Assembly (NCBI GenBank): GCA_018260615.1
Contig: JAGWDQ010000121.1
Span: forward strand, 1-25,795
Reading direction: 5' to 3'
Length of the DNA stretch: 25,795 bases
DNA from: Candidatus Altarchaeum sp.
GTDB taxonomy: Archaea; Altiarchaeota; Altiarchaeia; Altiarchaeales; Altiarchaeaceae
The translations under genes were made by a program, and so were the position numbers. The notes under the pieces were generated by a model. That model saw only the letters and a list, made by a program, of their open reading frames with translations. It did not search any database and was not told the origin of the DNA. Every line of letters starts with the position of its first letter. Position 1 is the stretch's first letter. Below are positions 17,347 to 25,184 of this stretch, in pieces.

Positions 17347-17844
17347 ATGTATGAAAAAGAGCTGATTGCACTTTCAAAATCAGGTGCAAGATATATAGTA
17401 ATCGGAGGAATAGCATTGGGACTGAGCGGATACCCAAGGGCGACATTTGACTTGGATATACTGCCACAGTTAAGCGAAGAAAATCTGGATAAGATAATAA
17501 AAACACTGCAGAAGTTGGGATATAAACCAAGAAGACCTGTCAATCCCGAGGACATCAAAGACCCTGAGAAAAGAGAGCTGTGGTTTAAAGAAAAGAATAT
17601 GAAGGTGTTTTCATTTTTCAATCCCGAAGAGGCGGTAAATGAAATTGATGTAATGATATATTATCCTTTAAATTTTGAGGACTGTTTTAAAAGAAGGCAG
17701 ATTGTGAAATTAAAAGGACATGATATTTATATATCTTCTATAGAAGATTTGTTGGAATTAAAGAAGATCTCTATGAGGAATGTTGACATTGGAGATATAG
17801 AGGTGCTGGAAAAAATGCTTGAAAAAAAGAAAAAAGAAAAGTAA
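17347..17844 (+). CDS. Nucleotidyltransferase-fold protein (DUF6036/AbiEii-like putative toxin)
   Basis: YIVIGGIAL..GYPRATFDLDI, EIDVM, SIEDLLELKK..R.VDIGDIEVL. The ATG at 17347 is preferred to the TTG at 17335. Confidence 0.8.
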   Translation: MYEKELIALSKSGARYIVIGGIALGLSGYPRATFDLDILPQLSEENLDKIIKTLQKLGYKPRRPVNPEDIKDPEKRELWFKEKNMKVFSFFNPEEAVNEIDVMIYYPLNFEDCFKRRQIVKLKGHDIYISSIEDLLELKKISMRNVDIGDIEVLEKMLEKKKKEK

Positions 17845-17888
17845 AAAGAAAAGTAAAATCATATAATAAACACATATTACAACAAAAG

Positions 17889-18047
17889 ATGGAAGAAAAG
17901 GACGATGTTGACGGATATATAGAGCGGTTTTCAAAACTGCCGCCGGAAAAAATCCTGAAGTATTTGGGAGAATTGAGGGAATTTTTCATGAAAAACATGA
18001 CCGAAGACGGGAAAAGATTTTTCGCCCATAGACCCATAATAAAATAA
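17889..18047 (+). CDS. Small (52 aa) helical protein absent from the ORF track, putative partner/antitoxin of the nucleotidyltransferase
   Basis: MEEKDDVDGYIERFSKLPPEKILKYLGELREFFMKNMTEDGKRFFAHRPIIK*, 44 nt downstream of the NTase stop. Resembles the small KL.PEEKL.WLEE-type proteins often next to such NTases (from memory). Confidence 0.6.
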   Translation: MEEKDDVDGYIERFSKLPPEKILKYLGELREFFMKNMTEDGKRFFAHRPIIK

Positions 18048-18158
18048 CCACCACTACGACATAAAAATAAAACAAAAATTCAAAAATTAAAAGCATGATT
18101 AAATGATAACAAAAATCATCTAAAATTCAAAATTACTAAAATTCAAAACGAATAAAAA

Positions 18159-20993
18159 ATGAGCGGAAGCGACTGGGAAATGCGAGGGCATGATTTGGAA
18201 CATACAGGAGAAACATCGGATGTAATTAAAAATCCGAAAAACCTAAAACTGAAGTGGAAATTTGAAACCGGAAGTAGTGTGTATTCATCACCTGCAATTT
18301 CAGGAAATTTCGTTTATGTTGGTTCTCATGATAATTATGTTTATTGTCTGAATAAAAACACAGGGGAACTGCTCTGGAAATTTAAAACCGGAAGTTATGT
18401 GGATTCATCACCCGCAATTTCGGGAAATTTTGTTTATGTCGGTTCTGATGATAATTATGTTTATTGTCTGAATAAAAACACAGGGGAACTGGTATGGAAA
18501 TTTAAAACCGGAAATTGGGTGTATTCATCACCCGCAGTTTCAGGAAATTTTGTTTATGTCAGTTCTTATGATAATTATGTTTATTGTCTGAATAAAAACA
18601 CAGGGGAACTGGTATGGAAATTTAAAACCGGAAATTGGGTGTATTCATCACCCGCAGTTTCAGGAAATTTTGTTTATGTCAGTTCTTATGATAATTATGT
18701 TTATTGTCTGAATAAAAACACAGGGGAACTGGTATGGAAATTTGAAACCGGAAATTGGGTGTATTCATCACCCGCAGTTTCAGGAAATTTCGTTTATGTT
18801 GGTTCTAGGGATAGTTATGTTTATTGTCTGAATAAAAACACAGGGGAACTGGTATGGAAATTTAAAAAAAACACAGGGGAACTGATATGGAAATTTAAAA
18901 CAGGCGACTGGGTGCGGTCATCACCCGCAATTTCGGGAAATTTTGTTTATGTTGGTTCTTATGATAGTTATGTTTATTGTCTGAATAAAAACACAGGGGA
19001 ACTGGTATGGAAATTTGAAACCGGAAATGGTGTGTATTCATCACCTGCAATTTCAGGAAATTTTGTTTATGTCAGTTCTTGGGATGATTATGTTTATTGT
19101 CTGAATAAAAACACAGGGGAACTGCTCTGGAAATTTGAAACCGGAAATGGTGTGTATTCATCACCCGCAATTTCAGGAAATTTTGTTTATGTTGGTTCTT
19201 TGGATAATTATGTTTATGCGTTTGAAGCAGAGCCAGTCATAGAGGAATGGCAAAAAGAAGAACTGAAAAGAAAACTAAATTCGCTGAATACAGAAGGTTT
19301 TGAATCTGATGTGGAACATTTAAAATTGAGAATTGGAGAGGTTGAAAATGAAAATGATGTTAGGGGAATTGAAGAAAAAATAAAAGAGTTGAAAATAAAG
19401 GTTGATGAGAGAATACGGATTAAAAAAGAGACGGAAAGGCGATTAGAAGAGCAAAAACTACGCCTGCAAAAAGAAGAACTACACGAAAAGCTGGACTTAT
19501 TGAATGTAGAGGGTTCAGGATTAGAATCTGATGCAGCACATTTAAAGGTAAGGATAGACAATATTAAAAGTGAATATGAAGCGGAGGAAATAGAGAAAAA
19601 GATAAACGAGTTAAAAATAAGGGTTGATGAAGAAAAGAGAATTAAAAAGGAACAGGAAAAATTGCGGAAACAAAAAGAATTATATGGGAAATTGTATTCA
19701 CTGAACACAGAAGGTTTTGAATCTGAAGGGGAACAGTTAAAACTGGGAATTGCACGGATTGAAAATGAAAACGATATTAAGGAAATTGATGAAAAATTAA
19801 AAGAATTGAAAGTAAAAACTGAAGAAAAGAAGAGAATTGAAGCAGAACGGGAAAAATTAAAACAGGAGAAAGAAGAACAAAAACCAGAAAAAAAACAGCC
19901 AACTATGTTATTCCCGGGAACATTTCCTGATGGATTAAAAAAATATTACGATAATTCCGAATTTATCGGCGAAGGTGGATTTGCTTATGTATTTGGGGCA
20001 ATACGCAATGAAGACAATAAAGCTGTTGCAATAAAAATCCCCAAAGAGATGAATGACAAAATAGGCGAACTATTTTTAAAGGAAATTAGGATATGGGGCG
20101 ACTTGCATCATAAAAACATAGTCAAACTCTACAAGGCAAACATTTATCCCTGTCCTTATCTTGAAATTGAATATGTTGATGGAGGGTCTTTAGATGGCAT
20201 AAGCAAACCGGTTAGCGTTGAAAAGGCATCAAAACTGATTAATGATTTACTTGATGGCTTAAAAGAGGCGCATTCAAAAAACATATATCATCTTGATTTA
20301 AAGCCGGAAAATGTATTATTAACTTCGGATGGAGAACCAAAGATAACCGACTGGGGTTTAAGTAAGATAGCAAAACATTCAAAATACTCTAAAGTTGCGG
20401 GACACACATTAATGTATGCCGCTCCCGAGTTATTTTCTCCCGAGGATTTTGGAAAAGCGGATTGTAGAACAGATATATTTCAAATTGGAACTATATTTTA
20501 TGAACTTGTTACGGGAAAGAACCCTTTTGACGGAGATACGCAACAGCAAATACTGATGAATATTTTAATGAAAAAACCAAAAAAACCGTCTGAAATAAAT
20601 CCCGCCGCAAAAGAACTTGATGTTCTTATACTGAAATGTCTTGAAAAGAAAAAGGAAAACAGGTATCAGAATGTTTCTGAACTGCAAAATGCGCTGATTT
20701 CCTATATGAAAACAGAATATAAAAAATCGTTTACTGAAAGTAAATTAAGGGGAGATGTAAAAAGGTCATGTTTTTATTGCGGGGAACTTGTTAAATCCAG
20801 CGCTAAAACTCGTGATATGGTTGAGACATTGAAGTGGATAAATGATTTTAAGGACTATGCAAAAGGCGAAGATGCCAAAGATATAAAAAACATAATAAAT
20901 GAACTTGTTCAGAGGATGGAAAATAAGCTGGAAATTACAGACGAATTAACAGGAAAAATTGAAGTCGTTGTGCATCATATACAGATGCAATAG
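18159..20993 (+). CDS. Soluble (no signal, no TM) PQQ-propeller Ser/Thr kinase: 8 blades, 3 helical modules, Hanks kinase, C-terminal helical domain
   Basis: Starts MSGSDWEMRGHDLEHTGETSDV, directly at the mature propeller. The last blade (YVYAFEA) runs straight into EWQKEELKRK. Kinase GEGGFA/VAIK/HLDLKPEN/DWG/AAPE. Confidence 0.93.
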   Translation: MSGSDWEMRGHDLEHTGETSDVIKNPKNLKLKWKFETGSSVYSSPAISGNFVYVGSHDNYVYCLNKNTGELLWKFKTGSYVDSSPAISGNFVYVGSDDNYVYCLNKNTGELVWKFKTGNWVYSSPAVSGNFVYVSSYDNYVYCLNKNTGELVWKFKTGNWVYSSPAVSGNFVYVSSYDNYVYCLNKNTGELVWKFETGNWVYSSPAVSGNFVYVGSRDSYVYCLNKNTGELVWKFKKNTGELIWKFKTGDWVRSSPAISGNFVYVGSYDSYVYCLNKNTGELVWKFETGNGVYSSPAISGNFVYVSSWDDYVYCLNKNTGELLWKFETGNGVYSSPAISGNFVYVGSLDNYVYAFEAEPVIEEWQKEELKRKLNSLNTEGFESDVEHLKLRIGEVENENDVRGIEEKIKELKIKVDERIRIKKETERRLEEQKLRLQKEELHEKLDLLNVEGSGLESDAAHLKVRIDNIKSEYEAEEIEKKINELKIRVDEEKRIKKEQEKLRKQKELYGKLYSLNTEGFESEGEQLKLGIARIENENDIKEIDEKLKELKVKTEEKKRIEAEREKLKQEKEEQKPEKKQPTMLFPGTFPDGLKKYYDNSEFIGEGGFAYVFGAIRNEDNKAVAIKIPKEMNDKIGELFLKEIRIWGDLHHKNIVKLYKANIYPCPYLEIEYVDGGSLDGISKPVSVEKASKLINDLLDGLKEAHSKNIYHLDLKPENVLLTSDGEPKITDWGLSKIAKHSKYSKVAGHTLMYAAPELFSPEDFGKADCRTDIFQIGTIFYELVTGKNPFDGDTQQQILMNILMKKPKKPSEINPAAKELDVLILKCLEKKKENRYQNVSELQNALISYMKTEYKKSFTESKLRGDVKRSCFYCGELVKSSAKTRDMVETLKWINDFKDYAKGEDAKDIKNIINELVQRMENKLEITDELTGKIEVVVHHIQMQ
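18448..18743 (+). repeat. Perfect 120-bp tandem repeat (~2.5 blades)
   Basis: Lines 18481 and 18601 are identical, as are 18541 and 18661. Diverges at 18447 and 18744. Confidence 0.9.
18834..18899 (+). repeat. In-frame 33-bp duplication inside a propeller blade (KNTGELVWKFK KNTGELIWKFK)
   Basis: Units 18834-18866 and 18867-18899 differ by one base. Confidence 0.9.
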
Positions 20994-21062
20994 TTAAATT
21001 TATCCAAAAAATTTTACTGAAAATAATACTAACAAAATAAACTAAAAATCAAAAAATTAAAA
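20897..21062 (+). repeat. 166-bp direct repeat, copy 1 (kinase 3' end plus downstream intergenic DNA)
   Basis: Matches 22968-23133 (offset 2071) with 3 substitutions. Confidence 0.92.
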
Positions 21063-21097
21063 ATAAAATCTATATTACAAAAAGTATAATGTGAATA

Positions 21098-22630
21098 ATG
21101 GCTTTACCAATAAATATCAAGGACCTGATAACCGGGCAGACAGTTGAATGGGAGCGTATTGAATTTAAAGAAGGTTGGAATCCGGAAGATGTTATGCACA
21201 CCATTTGTGCGTTTGCTAATGATATAAACAACTGGGGCGGAGGATACATAATCATCGGAATAAAAGAAGATAACGGACGGCCTGTTTTACCTCCAAAAGG
21301 ATTAGCCCCTGAAACAATTAATAATATCCAGAAGGACTTGCTAAATCTTTGTAATCGTTTAAAACCGCATTTTTTCCCAATTGCCGAGCCGGTGCGTTTT
21401 CAGGGAAAATATGTTTTAATAATATGGGTTTTTGGCGGGCAGAACAGACCCTATCGGGCGCCGATATCGCTTGGCAAAAAGAAAGAGAAAGAGTATGCCT
21501 ATTATATCAGAAGATTTTCAAATACAGTTAAAGCACAATTTGAAGATGAAAAAGAACTCCTGTCATTAGCAGGAACAATTCCTTATGATGATCGTATCTG
21601 TCATTTAGCAGATGTCGCTGACTTAAAACTTCCGCTGATACAATCTTTTTTAAAAGAAGTTGAAAGTGATTTATATGGTTCTGCTAACATGGATTTCGAA
21701 CAATTATGCTGGCAGATGAGGATTGTTGACGGAACTACCGAATATGTGAAACCCCGAAATGTCGGAATACTTTTTTTCAATGACCTGCCTCAAAGATTTA
21801 TCCCTCTTTCGCAGATTGAAATCGTTCAATTTAAGTCAACTCCGGGCGCAGATAGATTGAGTGAAAAAATTTTTCAGGGACCCATACATCAGCAAATCAG
21901 GGATGCTCTAACCTATCTGAAAAATATTGTTCTTAAGGAATATATTCGTAAAGTTTCGGATAGGGCAGAATCTGTCAGATTTTATAATTACCCGTATATT
22001 GCTCTAAAAGAAGGTCTTGTTAATGCAATGTATCACAGAAGTTATGAAATCAGAGAACCGGTGGAAATACGTATTCATCCCGATAAAATTGAGATTCTCA
22101 GCTTTCCGGGACCCGACAAGTCAATAAAACAATCAGACCTGGATAAGGGAATATTGGTTGCCAGAAGATATCGTAATCGTAGAATTGGTGAATTTTTAAA
22201 AGAACTGAAACTTACCGAAGGACGATGTACCGGGATTCCTAAAATTAGAAAAGGAATGAAAAAGAATGGCTCACCGGAACCTATTTTTGAAACAGATGAT
22301 GGACGAAGTTATTTTTTAACTACATTAATGATTCATCCGGAAGCAACAATAAGTGAGCAAGAAAGTCCACAAGAAAGTGTGCAAGTAAGTGAGCAAGTAA
22401 GTGAGCAAGTAAGTGAGCAAGTAATTCAAATTCTTAAGTTTTGTAAAATACCTCAAAAAAAGCAGGAAATATTAACTAGCATTGGACTTTCAACTGCTTA
22501 TATGAATTATAAAAGATATATATTCCCTCTTGTTCAAGAGGGGGTGTTGTCAATGACACATCCTGAAAATCCAAGACATTGGAATCAAAAATATGTAACC
22601 ACCAATAAGGGCTTAAAAATTATAGAATAA
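21098..22630 (+). CDS. AlbA_2 (Schlafen-like) + HATPase_c_4 (RecG C-terminal-like) + C-terminal wHTH protein
   Basis: EWERIEFKEGW, TICAFAND...GGGYIIIGIKE (AlbA_2). EGLVNAMYHRSY, RRYRNRRIGEFLKEL.LTEGRCTGIPKI (HATPase_c_4). QVSE linker repeats, then wHTH ending HPENPRHWNQKY. Confidence 0.9.
   Translation: MALPINIKDLITGQTVEWERIEFKEGWNPEDVMHTICAFANDINNWGGGYIIIGIKEDNGRPVLPPKGLAPETINNIQKDLLNLCNRLKPHFFPIAEPVRFQGKYVLIIWVFGGQNRPYRAPISLGKKKEKEYAYYIRRFSNTVKAQFEDEKELLSLAGTIPYDDRICHLADVADLKLPLIQSFLKEVESDLYGSANMDFEQLCWQMRIVDGTTEYVKPRNVGILFFNDLPQRFIPLSQIEIVQFKSTPGADRLSEKIFQGPIHQQIRDALTYLKNIVLKEYIRKVSDRAESVRFYNYPYIALKEGLVNAMYHRSYEIREPVEIRIHPDKIEILSFPGPDKSIKQSDLDKGILVARRYRNRRIGEFLKELKLTEGRCTGIPKIRKGMKKNGSPEPIFETDDGRSYFLTTLMIHPEATISEQESPQESVQVSEQVSEQVSEQVIQILKFCKIPQKKQEILTSIGLSTAYMNYKRYIFPLVQEGVLSMTHPENPRHWNQKYVTTNKGLKIIE
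22381..22424 (+). repeat. 12-bp tandem repeat gcaagtaagtga x3.7 (QVSE linker)
   Basis: Units at 22381, 22393, 22405 and a partial at 22417, with degenerate copies just upstream. Confidence 0.9.
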
Positions 22631-22651
22631 AAGTAGCTAAAAAGTAAAAAG

Positions 22652-22696
22652 ATGAAGCAATATTTCAAATACAATGATTCAGGCGTTGAATGGATC
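22652..22696 (+). pseudogene. hsdS: 5' relic of a type I restriction-modification specificity subunit gene
   Basis: ATG at 22652 gives MKQYFKYNDSGVEWI, matching the typical HsdS N-terminus (Y.KYKDSGVEWIGEIP). Similarity stops after WI and the ORF ends at 22789. Confidence 0.65.
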
Positions 22697-22699
22697 CGG

Positions 22700-22850
22700 T
22701 GGGCTTTGTCCTATGTCTGTCCCAAGTCCGTCCCAAGTGAAGACGCGCGGCAATTATTCTCCTGTTCGCAAGAGGAGATGTTAACCTGAAGTACCTGATA
22801 TCAATAGTTAATCAAAAAGCAAAAATATCATATTACTGAAAAGAGGTTAA
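22700..22850 (+). pseudogene. Frameshifted relic resembling the linker/wHTH end of an AlbA/RecG- or Fic-like gene
   Basis: gtcccaagt repeated 12 bp apart (VCPKSVPS), then in a shifted frame AIILLFARGDVNLKYLISIVNQK, similar to wHTH starts in those families (from memory). Confidence 0.35.
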
Positions 22851-22967
22851 AAATTATAAAACTAATGAATAATCAAGTCAAACAAAAATCCAAAAAAAAT
22901 AAAATAAGATTAAATAAAATAAGGAACATATAAATTTAAACACAAATTTAATGAAAATAAATAACTG

Positions 22968-23133
22968 AAATGAACTTGTTCACAGGATGGAAAATAATCT
23001 GGAAATTACAGACAAATTAACAGGAAAAATTGAAGTCGTTGTGCATCATATACAGATGCAATAGTTAAATTTATCCAAAAAATTTTACTGAAAATAATAC
23101 TAACAAAATAAACTAAAAATCAAAAAATTAAAA
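22968..23133 (+). repeat. 166-bp direct repeat, copy 2, containing an orphan kinase 3' end (NELVHRMENNLEITDKLTGKIEVVVHHIQMQ*, stop at 23062-23064)
   Basis: Near-identical to 20897-21062. The 3 substitutions are all non-synonymous (Q>H, K>N, E>K). Confidence 0.92.
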
Positions 23134-23142
23134 TAAACTAAA

Positions 23143-25113
23143 ATGGCAATATTTGAGGGGGTTAACTGGGAAAAAATTAATGAATTGTTGAGACCTGCAG
23201 TCAGGATTTTAAATGAAGATATAGCGGACTTAAAGAGATGGGACGAACCGGATTTGTTTGGACAGTGGAATAAAATAAAGAGCAATTATGAGACATTTAT
23301 GGAGGATTATAGCAATTCCCTGCCAGATGGTATAGAAATAGACATCAGGGCAAGGTTTAAATTTGCTATGTTAAAAATTGCGACGGCTTTTTATGTTAAT
23401 GGTAAAGAAAGAGAAGGAATAACAAATAAATTCTATGAAAAGGAAAAGCATCTTGTTGTAGATTTGGATGATTTTAAGGCATTTGATTTCCTGACGGTTG
23501 AGGAAATAGTTGGCAAAGTGGCGAGAAGTGAAGGAAAAATTTATGAAATTGTTAAAAAATATGCCGAGAGAGGATACAATAACATGGATAAGGTGCTTGA
23601 CGATATTGAAAATATTTCAAAAGATGTAATGTATTATGTGAAGAAAGAATATTCCAAAATGCTGAAAAAAATTGAAGCGGCAGTAATTGAGTATATGAAA
23701 AATTATCCCGGGGGGATTCATATAGTGATTGGCGAACTTGAAAACAAGATAAAGGAAGTTAACGGATTTGACGAAAAAAGAAAAACAGAGATAAATAATG
23801 CGAATGAAACCCTGAAAACAATGGAAAGCAAATTGTCTGATGCCGATACGGATAAACGAAACCTTGAAAACAAAATATCTCAGCTTGAATGGGAGAGATT
23901 ACAGGGAAAACAGGAAAAAGACACCTTAAATGAAAAGATAAATGACATTGAATCCGAGAAAAATCGCCTTTTAAAGAGTTATTCTGAGATTGAAAGCAGA
24001 TGGGACGAAAGATATAAAGAACTTGAAAAAATACGAAACGAATTAAATACGGAGCAAGACACGTTGAACTCACTGAAAGAAAACTATAAACAGGACCTTA
24101 AAGAGGAAAACCAGAGGAAAATTGAGGAAGAATTAAAAAAGATTGAAGAAATGAAATCGGCATTAACAAAAAAAGAATATGATTTACAAACTGAAAAAGA
24201 ACTAATGAAAAATGAAGGGGCTAAAATTAATGAGAAGATTGAGACCCTAAAGAAATTAGAGGAGGGAATAGTTGAAAGATATGTAATGAGCGGCGATGCA
24301 AAAATTTATGAATTAAACTATATCGGAAGATTTAATGAAAAAATGTATTCATTCCCTCTGAATATATACGACCCCATTGATAAAAAAGAACATACTGTAA
24401 ATTCATGGAATAAACATGAAAAATTCACACAGGAAATGGAAATTTATGAAAAATTTAAAACAAAGATGAGTTATAATGAAATTTTTAATACAATTCCGCT
24501 TGGAACAACATCTGTATATAAAATAACCAAAAAGAAATTTGTATTTTTCGGGGAGGAAAAAACAAAGATCGTAATTGAAGCAGCAACATTAAATCACTGG
24601 AATAATTATTGCGAAATTGGTTTTGACACGAATCCCGCGACGCTTTCCGAGCTTACATCTGTGCTGATGAGCCGCATAGACAGGGCGGAACTTGGAAATT
24701 ACTTCCATGTAATCGGGATTTCATCGCCAACAGGATGGAGCAAAAAAGTGCTTGAGTATGTAGAGTCAGATGAATTTCATAAAAATTTCACAGACAGGCA
24801 TGTGTCAATATGTTTAATAGATCCTGAAACAGGGGAGATATTTTATAACCGGACTGATAAACGACTTGCGCAGTTTGAGGAGTTTTTTAAGCCGGAATTT
24901 GACAGCGAAAAGGTTGAAAAATGCAAAAAGGTTATAAAGGAAGATTTAATTATAGATGAATTTGTTACGGTGAATGAGATCGCGGAGAAAAATGCAGATA
25001 AAAATTTTGACAAGCGAATTGTTAAAAAAGCAATGTATGAACTTGAAAAAGAAGGGGTTGGAAATATTAAGTTTGTAGAAGGGGTTGGATTTGGGTTTAA
25101 GAAGAAGGGGTGA
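23143..25113 (+). CDS. Hypothetical protein: helical N-terminal domain, long coiled coil, alpha/beta (possibly restriction-endonuclease-like) domain, C-terminal winged helix
   Basis: E/K-rich heptad stretch at ~aa 190-375. DAKIYELNYIGRF, YFHVIGISSPTGWS, ICLIDPETGEIFYN. Tail FVTVNEIAEK..DKRIVKKAMYELEKEGVG has a wHTH pattern. Confidence 0.85.
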   Translation: MAIFEGVNWEKINELLRPAVRILNEDIADLKRWDEPDLFGQWNKIKSNYETFMEDYSNSLPDGIEIDIRARFKFAMLKIATAFYVNGKEREGITNKFYEKEKHLVVDLDDFKAFDFLTVEEIVGKVARSEGKIYEIVKKYAERGYNNMDKVLDDIENISKDVMYYVKKEYSKMLKKIEAAVIEYMKNYPGGIHIVIGELENKIKEVNGFDEKRKTEINNANETLKTMESKLSDADTDKRNLENKISQLEWERLQGKQEKDTLNEKINDIESEKNRLLKSYSEIESRWDERYKELEKIRNELNTEQDTLNSLKENYKQDLKEENQRKIEEELKKIEEMKSALTKKEYDLQTEKELMKNEGAKINEKIETLKKLEEGIVERYVMSGDAKIYELNYIGRFNEKMYSFPLNIYDPIDKKEHTVNSWNKHEKFTQEMEIYEKFKTKMSYNEIFNTIPLGTTSVYKITKKKFVFFGEEKTKIVIEAATLNHWNNYCEIGFDTNPATLSELTSVLMSRIDRAELGNYFHVIGISSPTGWSKKVLEYVESDEFHKNFTDRHVSICLIDPETGEIFYNRTDKRLAQFEEFFKPEFDSEKVEKCKKVIKEDLIIDEFVTVNEIAEKNADKNFDKRIVKKAMYELEKEGVGNIKFVEGVGFGFKKKG

Positions 25114-25184
25114 AAAAATTCGGTGAAAAAATAAATTTTAATGAAAATTTAAATTTAACAACAAAAATTTATCAAATATAAAAT

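Noticed and set aside
3582-19215. Diversity-generating retroelement as the source of blade variability
   Set aside because: There is no reverse transcriptase or separate template repeat in the window, and the variable codons differ at all three positions across all blades rather than in one C-terminal variable region. A trans-acting DGR elsewhere cannot be excluded.
22381-22424. 12-bp QVSE tandem repeat as a contingency locus
   Set aside because: Such in-frame linker repeats are common in AlbA_2/HATPase and Fic proteins and do not shift the frame.
22800-22967. A-tract-rich intergenic stretches (also 18048-18158, 25114-25184) as bent-DNA or special repeats
   Set aside because: Low-complexity taaaa/caaaa runs occur in every intergenic gap here and look like genome-wide compositional bias.
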